Assembly: GCF_018350175.1 (NCBI RefSeq) | Contig: NC_058368.1 | Coordinates: 96,784,001-96,848,000 of the forward strand | DNA: 64,000 nt | Origin: Felis catus | Taxonomy: Eukaryota | Reading direction: 5' to 3' | Part shown: positions 51,319-63,866 of the stretch, one piece after another | Layout: every line of letters begins with the position of its first letter | Numbering within the stretch: position 1 is the first letter of the stretch | Translations under genes and position numbers: made by a program | Notes under the pieces: generated by a model | What the model was told of the DNA's origin: nothing | The model's database searches: none | The model's input: only the letters and a program-made list of their open reading frames with translations

Positions 51319-53105
51319 TCAAACTGGCCTCTCTTTTTCTGCATAAGAGAAGATGAGTCTTTCATGACACGGTTGACAGCATGAAGTGTGGTGCATGTAG
51401 AAAAAAGAGCACCGCGATAAACATTCACAATACCGTTACCACGCTGTTGATCAGCTTGTAAGCTAATTTCAAGGGTAAAATGTGGGTCTGGGATTTATGC
51501 CTTGTATAAAAAATAATCAACTTTCATTATTTCTGTGAGTCATAGCATTTTAATTTTTTCTAATTAGATGTGATTACTATTCTTCCTCACAGCAGGATGG
51601 CAAAGAAGTGTAAAAAACACATACATAAGGGGGAAAATGACACAAAGGAAAACTAAGGACGTCGTTAGTAAATAAGAGAGCTTTTCTGTTCTCAGGTGGC
51701 AGTGGCCATTCCCTTGGTGGGAAAAATGGACACTGTGACAAAGCATGGTGGGTAATTATTCTCTTTTTAAAATATTCTTTTGCAACATGTGGATCAAGGT
51801 CCAAGGACAGAAATCATTTCCAAGTGGAGAACAAAATAATGTCAGAGTTCACACATTTTGATTAGGGTTATTCAGCTGATCAGAATAAATTGTCTTCTAA
51901 ATATTACGAATCATGTAGTTTTTCACCAAATAGTCTTCTCTTTCTTCTATCTGTACCTTCTGGTAAATGAAAACCAGACCATTCTATAGAAATCAAAGAA
52001 GACACCTTCCAAATCCAAAAGAATCAAAGATGCGAAGTTCTAACTGCAACGTTGAGAAATGTTCCCCTAAATATCCATCACAGAAGCAAAAGGTACATGA
52101 AAGATTCCAGATGCCCTCATTCTTCATTTAATGATGTGTTTTATCAAAATTATTTATTCACATAGAGAAATTCTTTACACATATGTTCTTTTGCGGGTGA
52201 GTTCAGCAAGGAGTACTTTCTTCCCATGTAGGTTCTGCAAAATCAGTTGTGAAAGTAGGTTAATTGGTAAAATTAGGTTCAGACAACACAAACGTAAGGA
52301 ATTATTTCACAATTGCACAGTCTGCTTGTCATACAAATCATACAATTCTTTTGTGGAAAATGATCTGTTTTGATACCCGGATTAATTACTTAAGCTGTCT
52401 ACACTGATCAAATCAACTGGAAAACGTTCATTTTAATTCTCTTCTTCCCTTTATGTTCTGCAGAGAACAGAAAAAGTCAATAAACCAAAATAGTTACGTT
52501 TTACTAATTAATTTTATAAAGATTCACCTTTTAAATGCTGTTTTATGCGGTTCAATCTGCATGACATGAAATTGGAAATTTTATATGAATATATTTCACA
52601 ACATAAGAGAATAATCCCCCAGGTCATTATTTTATTCCCAAATTTATGGCTCCCAAACTCAGATAAATCCTGGACAGGCAACAAAGATTACCCAGATTAC
52701 CAAAGTTTTCCTAATTGGCAATTCATAACTTCCAGCTGCTCTGAACAAAACCTATCACCCATTGAAATGTTGACATTTTCTGCCTCATTAAAATCTTCTG
52801 CAATATTCTGTGTGAATAGATTGTTCAATTAGCCATTATTTCTGAAGATATACAGAGAGGTGATAAATGATTAGGACGCCAAATACAATTTGTGGTGTCA
52901 AAGCAAGCCTATTTTTACTGTATCCAGTATATTCATTATTAGACCACATTGGACTCAGATCATGACGGTCAGGTAGTTTGTTATCCCATGGAACACGTTA
53001 CATTTTGTACCTTAAAATGGAATTTTGTTATGGTTTTGGCTTTCCTTCCCATGAAATCATCATTCTCTTTTACATATTTTCACAATTACTAAAGAATTTT
53101 AAGCA

Positions 53106-53204
53106 TTTTTTTCCAAGTAAGCTCTAGGCCCAACATGGGGCCTGCACTCACAACCCAACATCAAGAGTCTCATGCTTTCCTGACTGAGCCAGCCAGTCTC
53201 CCCC
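53106..53204 (-). mobile_element. Short older tRNA-derived carnivore SINE lacking the CT region
   Basis: gcccaacatggggcctgcactcacaacccaacatcaagagtc...gactgagccagcca. Confidence 0.75.
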
Positions 53205-54159
53205 ATGTTAAGGATCTTCTATAACCAAATTAGCAGATCTTCTTACAAATCCCTTGATAAAATTTTAGTGAGTTCAATATAATTTACTTTTATGTTGGGC
53301 AAAATCTGTACAATAATGAGTGACTGCATTTTTTGTGCACCCACCGTATGGATCTCATCACTGTAGAGATAGATGTGCATAAAAGATAAAGATCACTAAT
53401 TAGTAATTTCTGGATTTGGGGTCTATGCTGTAAAATGTAAGAGAGAATTTGCCAGAATAAAAAAAGGAATTACACTTAATGGGAGTCTGACTCACACAAC
53501 TCCAACCTGTTTTTTATCCATTAAAAAAAAATTTCATTATATATCAAAATTAATAAAATCAACATAAAATTACATTTTGTAGAGAAGTATCTGTTTTCAG
53601 CTACCATAAAGTCACAGCCCTTGGCATGATGGTACATATGATACAAGGGTAAAATATGTCCACAATATTTAAGGTTTGTATAGTTAGGTTTTTTTTTCTT
53701 TTCTGATGACTAAAATACTACAATTGTTATACAGTCAGAGAGCGCATTAAGCCATAATATATTCCATATTTACATAGTATGTTTAGGGGCTCTAAGGATT
53801 TCTGACAGGGAGACTATTCCACATTTGCTAATGTTTTACTTCACTAACTTCTAATCTTATTTAAGAGCAACATAACTACAATAATTTTTGTAGTGATATG
53901 TATTTGTCACTTCGATTTTTTTCCACCAAATTCTTGGAGTTCCTTTAACCCATCCTCTTGGGGAGGGGTTAATGTAGGACTCTAAGGAAACAACATGGAC
54001 AATATTACAATAAAAAGAATATGAAATCTAAATTACTGGGTTCAGGTGGTCTCTTCTTGAGTCCGGTTCTACTAATAAAGTCAAATAAGCCATAAAGATT
54101 CACCTTTCCTCAACATTTTCTTCATGGTCTGTAACAGGAACATAATAATATTTCTTACA

Positions 54160-54377
54160 GGGGTGCCTGGGTGGCTCAGTTGGTTAAGCATCCATCTTCA
54201 GCTCAGGTCATGATCTCACAGTTCGTCGGTTCCAGCCCCGCATGGAGCTGCCAGCTCAGAGCCTGGAGCCTGCTTCAGATTCTGTGTGTGTCTCTCTCTC
54301 TCACTCTGCCCCTCCCCTGCTTGTGTGCGTGCTCTTTCAAAAATAAATAAGCATTTCTAATAAAATAAAATTAAAAA
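54160..54377 (+). mobile_element. Can-SINE inserted in a MIR remnant
   Basis: TSD ataatatttcttaca. Confidence 0.95.
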
Positions 54378-55384
54378 ATAATATTTCTTACAACGCAATA
54401 CAAATATAATTCTATTGACATGTAAAAATAAATTTTTGCTGATACTTTTAGATGAAATCCATCTATTCCAGACAGAAGAGTATTTGTGCTTTACTCCATT
54501 CTAATGGCAACCAGTGTATTGTAACGGCATTTGGACATACCCGGATATTTAAAGGCGAGGCTAATTTTCATACGTGGCTTTAGAAAACCATTTCTTCATA
54601 ACTTTCAGTACCAGATCACCTTCCACATGTTTTCATTACCTATGTTTAAGATCTAAGGTCATGACTATCAAAGCCAGTGCCTGGTTGCTATATTGTGCTC
54701 CCTTGATATTTCATCTACAAATAACCCACCTTTCTCCTTTCTACGGGTCTGTACTGTAAAGCAATGCAGCATAGAGTGTATTGAACTCCATGATACAACA
54801 GACTGCTCCACAAAGCCAAACCCTGAGTTCTCCTTATAAGGAAGTTCTCTCCCTGAACATTCCCTTTGCTGTTAAACCTGGAAGTCCCAACCTCCGGTGC
54901 AGACGCTGATCAGCTTGCACAGAGTTATACTTTGGATTCAGGTAGCCATATTTTGTGAGGCCATCCCTGCTCTACCAATGTCTCATCTGGCATCTTCAAA
55001 ACTTTACAGCTTTATTGAGGTATAATGGACACATAAAACACTGCATATATTTAAAGACCATAATTTGATTAGTTTTGACATATGTATACACTCGTGAGAT
55101 CATCACCACCCTTAGGATGAACATTGTCTATCATACCCACGGTTTCTTTGAGCCCCTTTTCTATCAATCTTTACTGCCCTTCCACGACTCCCCCCAACCC
55201 CACCCCAGGCAACCAATGATCTGCTTTACATCACATGGACTAATTTTCATTCTCTAAAATTATATATAAGTGGAATCATATGATACGTAATCATTTTTGT
55301 AGGTAGGCACTTAGCTTCTTTCACACAACATAATTATTTAGAGACTCATTTATAATGTTGTGTATTTTAAAAGTTCACTGTTTT

Positions 55385-55618
55385 GGGGGTGCCTGGGTGG
55401 CTCAGTCATTTAAGCAACTAACTCTTGATTTCAGCTCAGGGCATGATCTCTGCGTTCGTGAGACTGAGCCCAGAGTCAGGCTCTGCACTGACAGTGTGGA
55501 GCGTGCTCAAGATTCTCTCTTCCTCTCTCTCTGAGCTACCCCCCACCCCCACTCAGTCGTATGCTCTCCCTCTCTCTCTCTCAAAATTAATAAACATTTT
55601 TTAACTGTTGAAAAAAAT
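55385..55618 (+). mobile_element. Can-SINE
   Basis: TSD taaaagttcact. Confidence 0.93.
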
Positions 55619-55749
55619 AAAAGTTCACTCTTTTTAAATCATTGATTATTTTTCCATCATATGGATATACCACAAGACATTTATCCATTTACCTCCTGAT
55701 GGGTATATGGGTTGTTTCCAGTTTTTAGCTATTAAAAATTAAAGCTGCA

Positions 55750-55907
55750 GGGTGCCTGGGTGACTCAGTCAGTTAAGCGTCCAACTCTTGGTTTCGGCTC
55801 AGGTCACAAACTCATGGTTAATGGGTTTGAGCCTTGCATCAGGCAGCATGCTGTTGGTACAGAGCCTGCTTGGGATTCTCTCTCTCCCTGTCTCTCTGCC
55901 CCTTCCC

Positions 55908-55948
<41 letters not shown>

Positions 55949-55988
55949 CCTCTCCCCAAAATAAATAAATAAACTTAAATTTAAAAAA
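55750..55988 (+). mobile_element. Can-SINE with a long (CT)n
   Basis: Head, long (CT)n, tail. Confidence 0.94.
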
Positions 55989-57221
55989 ATTACAGTTCCT
56001 ATGAACATTTATGCAAATCTTCATGCAGTCAAATGTTTTCATTTCTCTTGGATAAATGCTTAGGAGTAGAATATCTGTGTCATCTAGTAGGTATGCTTTT
56101 TGCTTTTCAAGAAATTGGCAAACTTTTTTTTCCGAAATGGTTCACCATTTACATCCCCATCTGGGTGTATGAGAATTTCAGTTCTTTCGGGTCATTACCC
56201 ACTCTTAAAATAGTGTTTTAATATTAGGGATTCTAGAAGCTTTATATGAACAACTCTTTGGGGTTTTAATTTACATTTCCATAAAGAACTCTGAATATTG
56301 AGCAACCTATAAAGTATTAATATGATATCCATATATCTTCTTCAGTAAAGTAGTCAAATCTTTTAGCGATTTTTAAATTAGGTTTTTGTCATATTAATTT
56401 TGAATTGTAAGTGTTCTCTACATAGCCTAAATGTAAGCCCTTGGTCAAATACCTATTTTAAAAACATTTTTCCCAACGACTTGTCTTTTTATTTCTGTAA
56501 AAGTGTCCTATAAAGAACAATGTTTTAGTTTCAGTGAAGTTCTATTTAATCACTTTTTTCTACAGTTCATGCATTTGGTGTTCAGTGTAACATATCCTGG
56601 CCAAATCTAAGCCAATCTGGCTTTCTGTTGCTTAATGTTAGTATGTCACATATTATCTTATCCTTTTACTTTTAGCCTATTTGTGCCTTTACACTTAAAA
56701 TGTGTGTCTTGTAGGCAGACTGCATTTTAACTTTTAATTTTAATTTTAAAGACTTGCTTTTTAAATTTAATATATGGCTCTATGCCCTTTAATTGGACTG
56801 TCCAGCCATATGCATATTACATAGCTATTGATAGGATTGTGGTTAACACGACTATCTTGCTTATTATTTTTTATGTGCCCCACTTACTTTTTGTTCCATT
56901 TTCTCTCCTGTTCAGTCTTCTTTGGATAAAATATTTTTATTATCCCATTTTATCTCCTTTATTGATCTAACAGCTATACCTTATGGACTTGTTTTTGTTT
57001 ATTGGTTTGTTTTGTTTTTTTAGTGGATGCCTTGGAGATTTTACTGTATCTCTTTAACTTACCGTAGTCTACTTTCAATAAAAGGACCTTACCATGATTC
57101 ACTTACATTCCTCTTGAGCAATGACTCGTCTCCCAGCCTCTGCTCTCTTATAGTCAAGAGAACAAACACGCTTCTATGTACTTCTGCATACATTATAAAT
57201 TCCAAAATTCAGCCCTGTTAA

Positions 57222-57437
57222 TTTTATTTTTTTAATGTTTATTTCTGGGAGAGAGAAACTGAGTGTGAGCGGGGGAGGGGCAGAGAGAGAGGGAGCCACA
57301 GAATCCGAAGCAGGCTCCAGGGTCCCAGCTGTCAGCCTGATGAGGGGCTCGAACCCATGAACCACAAGATCATGACCACAAGATCATGACCTGAGCAGAA
57401 GTCAGACGCCCAACCCACTGAACCATCCAGGCACCCC
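57222..57437 (-). mobile_element. Can-SINE with a 14-bp internal duplication
   Basis: TSD tcagcc(c/t)tgttaatttt; accacaagatcatg twice. Confidence 0.94.
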
Positions 57438-58007
57438 TCAGCCTTGTTAATTTTAAACACTGCACTATATTGTAAAGAGATTTGTAAAATGAAACAAAAA
57501 CACAGCTTTTATATCATTGTATCATTTCCAGTGCTAGTCCTTCCTTTATGTAAACTGGGATTTGTATCTGGTAACATTTTTCTTCTGTCCAAAGGATTAC
57601 CTTTACCATTTTTAGAGTAAAAGTCTAACAGTAATTAACACATTCAGCTTTTGTATGTCTGAAGGAGGCTCTGTTTCTTCTTCCTTTTGAAAGATACTTT
57701 CACTGGACATAGAATTCTAGGTTGACATGTTTTTGTTTGTTTAAATATCTCAAAAAGGTTGCTGTATTTTTTTCTGGCTTCTGTTATGAAAAAATTGGCT
57801 CTTGTTCTTACCCTTGTGCTCTGTACACAATGTATCTTTTCTTAAGTGTTTTTAAGATTTTCTCCTTGTGACTGGTTATAAACAATTTGAATAGAAATTT
57901 TATGGTGCAGTTTCATTTTTGGTTTTATCCATAGTAACAACCTGCTGAAATTTTTGGACCTCTGAGTTTATTACCTTTATCAACTTTAGAAAAATTCTGG
58001 CCACTGT

Positions 58008-59015
58008 TTTTTAACTAATAAACTTTATTTTGGGGAGAAGTTTTAGGTTCACGGCAAAATTGAGAAGCAAATGAAGAAACATCCCACATAGCCTCCTGTT
58101 CATTCCCCCACTATGGACTTGCCACACCAGATTGCTACATTTGTTGCAATCAGTGAATCCACACTGACACATGGTTATCATTCAAAGCTTACTGTCAGAG
58201 TTTAATCTTCACTGTAGTATCACTCAAAATAGTTTCACTGCCCTAAAAATCCCCTTTGTTATGCTAGTTTATTCCTTCCTAGGATGGAACCACTGATGAC
58301 CACTCATCTTTTTACTGTCTCCACAGTTTTGCCTTTTCTAGAATACCATATAACTGGAATCATATAGTATGTAGCCTTTCAGAGTGACTTCTTTCACTTA
58401 GAAATACACATTTAGTTTTTTTTCCCATGTCTGGCTTGATAGGTCATTTCTTTTTAGCTGAATAATATTCCATTGCCTGGAGGTACCACAGTTTATTTAT
58501 CAATTCATCTATTTTCCAGTTTGGGGAAATTGTAAATAAAGCTTCTATAATCATCTCTGTGCAGGGTTTTGTGTGGAAATAAGTTTTCGTTCATCTGGAT
58601 AAACATCAGGGAGTGCAGTTGCTGGATTGTATGGTAAGAATATGTTCAGTTTTGTAAGAAACTGCCAAACTGTCTTCTAAAGTGATTGCACCATTTTTTT
58701 CATTCCCACCAGAAGTGAATGAGAATTTGCATTATTCCACATCCTCATCAGCATTTGTTGTTGCCATTTTGGGGGGTTCTAACCATTGGTTGGTGTGCAT
58801 GTTGAATGTCTTTTCATATGCTTACTTCCCATCTGTATATCTTCTTGGGGGAGGTGTCTGTTCATCTCCTTTGCCCATTTTTAAATCCGGTTGCTCAGTT
58901 TCTTAGAGTTGAGTTCTATGAGTTCTTTGTGTATTTTGAATAACAGTCCTTTATCATTTGTGTCTTTTAGAGATGTTTTCTCCTAGTCTGTGGCTTGTCT
59001 TCTCATTCTTTAGAG
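58008..59015 (-). mobile_element. L1MA/MB-like 3' end (~1 kb) nested in the older L1 ORF1
   Basis: agttttaggttcacggcaaaattgag...tggaatcatatagtatgtagccttt...aaactgccaaactgtctt; degenerate TSD gccactgttttt/gtcattattttt. Confidence 0.8.
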
Positions 59016-59124
59016 TCATTATTTTTCAAATAGTTTTCCTGTACTAACCCCCTCTGTTTGGGGAATTCTCTGTTACATTTACCTTAAAACACCTGAAGTC
59101 ATTCCAGAGCTGATATGGTTCACC

Positions 59125-59344
59125 TTTTATTTTTTAAGTTTTTTTGAATGCTTATTTTATTTTTGAGAGAGACAGAGCATGAGCAGGGAAGGGGCAGAAA
59201 GAGAGGGACACACAGAATCTGAAGCAGGCTCCAGGCCCTGAGCTGTCAGCACAGAGCTGGATGCAGGGCTCGAACTCACAAACTGTGAGATCATGACCTG
59301 AGCTGAAGTCAGACACTTAACCGACTAAGCCACCCAGGTGCCCC
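59125..59344 (-). mobile_element. Can-SINE
   Basis: Antisense, close to consensus. Confidence 0.95.
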
Positions 59345-61213
59345 ATCTTTTGTTTATTTTTAAGTTTAGATGGTTTCTTTTCTTCTTTCATGTCCTCATA
59401 TCCACTTATCTTTTCCTCAACAATGTGTGATCTGCAGTTAATCTACTATTAGTTTCATCTAGTGTACTTTTCATCTCAGACTTTGTATTTATCTAAAAGT
59501 TTGAGTAGCCCCTTTTTCATATCTTCCATATATTTCTTTCCTATGGTCATTCTTTCCTCCACCTTCTTGAATATATGGAGTCTATTTATAATAAATCTTA
59601 ATCTCTGTGCCTATTTTTATACTGTGTCATCTTTCTCTCTTTCTGTTAATTTTTCTCCTCATTACAGGCTGCCTTTCCTTGTTTCTTTGCCTGACAAGTA
59701 ATTTTAGATGAGAGGCCAAACTTTGCAAATTTCATCTTATTGAGTGTTGGGTATTTTTCCATACCTTTAAATATTCTTGAGTTTTATCCCAAGGTGCGGC
59801 TAAGTTACTAATAAACAGTTTAAGCCTTTCAAGGTTCTACTTCAAGCTTTGTTGGGTGAAACCACAACAGCTTTTAGTCTAGAACCGACTCTGATGTCCA
59901 CACAATATAGGGTTTCTATAAGCTATCTAGAAAAACACGAGGCCTTCCTCGCCCTGTGCAAGCTTTGTGAGTTGTTCAATCTTCCCTTTCCAGTAGTTAT
60001 TTCCCTGTCCTCAAATAGTCTCCTCAGATGCATGCACTGATCACTATCAGCTGAGGACTCAGGGTGAGCTGGGAGCCTTGAGATCTCCAGAGCTCGCTCT
60101 CAGTGCCCCTCTCATGTGGGGAGCAGCTGTCTCTTCTCCAATATTCTTCCCTGCAAATTTCAGCCACCTGGGCTTAACAAAATTTTGAAGTCTATCTCTC
60201 CTAACTCAGGGAGACTTCTGGACTCTATCTATCTTCCCCCTCCCTGTGCTATGGCATGGAAACTCTATCTAGGAAGGAAGGTAGGACAATCATAGATACT
60301 TACCTTGTTTGTTTCTCCTCTATTGTGGATCAGTATCCTGTGCTGCCTGGTGTCCTGTTTCTGCAACCCATTGTTTGAATTATTTTTCTAGATTTGGTTA
60401 TTTAACGTGGATGGGCAAATGCAGTCTCCATTGCTCCACTGGGGACAGAAGCAGAATTCTGTCATTTTTACTGTAATGTAAAAACAATCTCTGTTATTTA
60501 TTTGCCCCTCATAACAAGGCTTGGCAGGGAGGCTGAAGGACACTAGAACAGCTCCTCAGACTTAGAGGAGCTTAGGGTCTTAGGAGCTTAGAAGACCTTA
60601 GGGTCTTCGGGTGGTCCCAGAAGCCAGAGTCTGCAGTTGTCCCAACACCAAAGATCCTAACCAAAAGCAGTCACTTGGAGGTGGTTCTCATCAAAAAGTG
60701 CTCACACAGTCAACCTGCAGAACACTCAGTGCAGCTAACTCACTGGTGCTGTGAAATCAAGCAAGAGGAAATTGCTAAAAGTGGGGTTAGGATAGGCAGT
60801 GTGTTGGGGGAACAGACAGAGCAAAGCACACTGGCTTCCAGGCCAGGACGGCCACCAAGATAGCCTCCGGCACCCTCACTTCTGCTGAGAAAGGCTTTGC
60901 ATGCCCGACCTGAAGCCCAGCACCCACCCGCCTTTCCTGCTTCGGGAGGCACTAATTACCCTTTGCCTTCTCCCATCAGGATATAGAAACACTGGGCCTT
61001 GCTTGCCAGTACATCTTGTGGATGAGGAAAAACAGGACTGGAGGCTGTCTGCCTCTTTATCTGGTAACAAATCAAGAGCTGATGCTGTCGTGACACACAG
61101 AGACTTATTCCTTTCATCACCATTGCATTCGTCTATTAATTACTTTTCAAATGATACACGTGAATTGTCCAAAATGCAAAGAAAGATAAAGCTTAACATT
61201 AGAGGCATCCTCA

Positions 61214-61214
<1 letters not shown>

Positions 61215-61250
<36 letters not shown>
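61215..61250. repeat. (AC)18 microsatellite; shorter (TG)n at about 61331-61347 and 61647-61675
   Basis: Direct reading. Confidence 0.95.
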
Positions 61251-61252
<2 letters not shown>

Positions 61253-62369
61253 TGCTCAGATATTGTTCTATAGACTTCCTGTCTTACACTGGAATATGTA
61301 TGGTCTCACAAATATATAGGTGTGTATTTCTGTGTGTGTGTGTGTGTACTTTTTGAATTTTTTCGCTCACCTTGCTTTCTGACTATTTAAATAATTGCAC
61401 AGTACAACATTCGTTGACAGGCATAACAAAATATACTTAAATGTTCCTCAATAATGAAATATTTCAGGTGTTGAAAAATTTTGAGCATCATCAAATTGTT
61501 CTATACACTTTTAAATGTCAAATTATATCGGATAAAATTTTCTATGCATTTTTTGTTAGACTATGCAAACTTCTACCTTTTGGTTGCTAGGCTTTCAGCG
61601 TAGCACCATGAGTTAATATTCATATATCCTGAAGAGGTGACAGGGAGTGTGTGTGTGTGTATGCGTGTGTGTGTGACCACGGCCAGATCACTGCTACATG
61701 AGTTACTGCACATCTATGAGTTTTAGGCAACTGCCGTCTCCTTAGCTGGCATAAGTTGTGGAGTTATAAAAGGCTTCACTCACCAAAATATCTCCTCTTG
61801 ATTGGTCTGTCAGAAATTTCCAATTTTCCTGTCACTCCATAAAGACCTTCTAAAGGTGCTCTGCATTTTAACTAGACTAAAATAGACTTTTACTTGAGAA
61901 GAGTAACATTATCAGAGATTAGTCTCTCAAATTATTCCATTAGCACCCATTATCATTGCAAAGAATGCAGGGTCCTGAGGGGATGGGACTTAAGATTAGA
62001 CAAGCTGTGATTGGCAGCAGAAGGACTGAGGTGTATGGCGAGGATGTTGACATGTTAGGGGCATCTATGTGGTCAAGTGACCATGGCTTTCAGCCTGAGC
62101 ATCAGTAGAAGGACTTCTCAAAATATCGTCATGATTCATGTTCACAGCAGCATCGAAGGGCTATGTCCAAAGGCCATGTGCCACCTCTGTCTGCAGGAGT
62201 CTGGCCAGGAGAGGACTTGAGATTGAGAAGGTGAAGGAGTCCATTTTTATTCTTTTCTACATCCTCCCACAGTGCATGTATCCTGGCTCTAGAAAGCAAA
62301 CCATTAAGGCTTTTCTCAACAGCCAGAGAGCCAAGCAACTCTCAAGTGGTGTTAGAACGTATCAGAACA

Positions 62370-62577
62370 GGGGCCCCTGAGTCCCTCCGTTGGCAAAGCT
62401 TCTGAGTCTTGACTTCGACTCAGGTCATGATCTCACGGTTTGTAAGTTTGAGCCCCACATCGGGCTCTGCACTGACAGTGCGAAGCCTGCTTGGGATTTT
62501 CTCTCTCCCTCTGCCCCTTCCCCACTTGCTCTCTATCTCTCTCTCTCTAAATAAAAGATAATAATAATAATATAAAC
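62370..62577 (+). mobile_element. Can-SINE
   Basis: TSD ttagaac(g/a)ta(t/c)cagaaca. Confidence 0.92.
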
Positions 62578-63344
62578 TTAGAACATACCAGAACATACAC
62601 AGGTGGATGTGACGAGCAAATCTCCATCTTCCATTCAGACCAGGAGAATAGGGTCATTTGTGTCTTACAAAACGAGTTCTGCTATTACACAAAGAATAGT
62701 TAGTAACGATAACACAATCTCAGAGCAACTTGGTCTCAGAAATGTTTATCAAATATGTTTTATGATCCTGAGTACACAATGAAAAAGTCCGATGTATGAA
62801 TCGTTTCTCTTCCACCTAGAGAAGAAACACTAATGAAGCAGGGGTCAAATATTGATATGCCTGCAGTCACAAAACCCTAGACCCTTTCCCAGTTCATCTC
62901 ACCAGTAATTTATTCACCGCTGTCAACTGCAGAAAGGGCAAACTCCTCACCGCCACGACCTTCCCTCTTTCCTCTCAAGTTCTTCTCGCAAAACTATTCA
63001 GTATCTCTTATTTGGCGATTCTGCTGCAGAGTGCCCACACAAAACTTCCAGACTGGTGAGGCTGCACCGACATCCGCTTAATTTTGAGCAAAGAATACGA
63101 ACAAATTATGTGGCTATTTTGGCATCTTACGGGTATTGTTGCTGTATGTTAATTCCACTATTCCATCCCTTCTTAGGAATCAAAAGCGGACACAAGACAG
63201 AAAGGGAAGAGAGGTGGAAATAAAACAGAAAGGTTTTTCAGCTCACCATCTTAAGAGTCACTAGCACTATGTGCGAAACATTGTGGCGCAAAAAAGTTTA
63301 AAATTCTTAGCTAGAAAACAACTATGTTGAACTAGTTAATAGTT

Positions 63345-63835
63345 GTACTGTAGTGCCTGAGCACACATGCTATGGAATCCGACTGGCCAAATTAACTGGC
63401 TCCACATCTCACCAGCTGGGCGACCTTGACCAGTCACTTCACTTCTCTGCGCCTCGGCTGGCCAATCAGTAAAATGGGATGACAATAGTACCTCCCTCAC
63501 AAGGATTGTGAAAATTAAATCATATAAGTAAAACCCATTAGAAATGGGTCAGACTCGGGGCGCCTGGGTGGCTCAGTTGGTTAAGCATCCGACTTCGGCT
63601 CAGGTCATGATCTCACAGTTTGTGAGTTTGAGCCTCATGTCGGGCTCTGTGCTGACAGCTGGGAGCTTGGAGCCTGCTTTCAGATTCTGTGTCTCCTTCT
63701 CTCTCTTCCCCTCCCTAACTTGTGCTCTGTCTCTCTATATCTCTCAAAATATAAATAAATGTAAAAAAATTTTTAAAAAAAGAAATGGGTCAGACTCACG
63801 GAAAGAGCTTTATAAATGGTAGCTGCTGCCATTAT
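63345..63835 (+). mobile_element. Near full-length MIR split by a SINE
   Basis: accagctgggcgaccttgaccagtcacttcacttctctgcgcctcgg...taaaatgggatgacaatagtacct...ggattgtgaaaattaaat. Confidence 0.8.
63557..63780 (+). mobile_element. Can-SINE
   Basis: Perfect 17-bp TSD agaaatgggtcagactc. Confidence 0.96.
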
Positions 63836-63866
63836 TATATTTATTATTATTATTATTATTATTATT
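63831..63866. repeat. (TTA)n microsatellite
   Basis: Direct reading. Confidence 0.9.

Larger units (their letters stand above)
55005..56600 (-). mobile_element. Old L1 (L1MB/MC-like) 3' UTR and ORF2 end, with two nested SINEs
   Basis: cagctttattgaggtataat..., ccaggcaacca, tggaatcata, gggttgtttccagttttt. Confidence 0.8.
56600..60450 (-). mobile_element. Ancient L1M 5' portion (inter-ORF, ORF1, 5'UTR) interrupted by two SINEs and another L1 3' end
   Basis: tcagcttttgtatgtctgaa...ttttgaaagatactttcactggacatagaattctagg; ttcatctcagact; T-rich. Confidence 0.7.
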
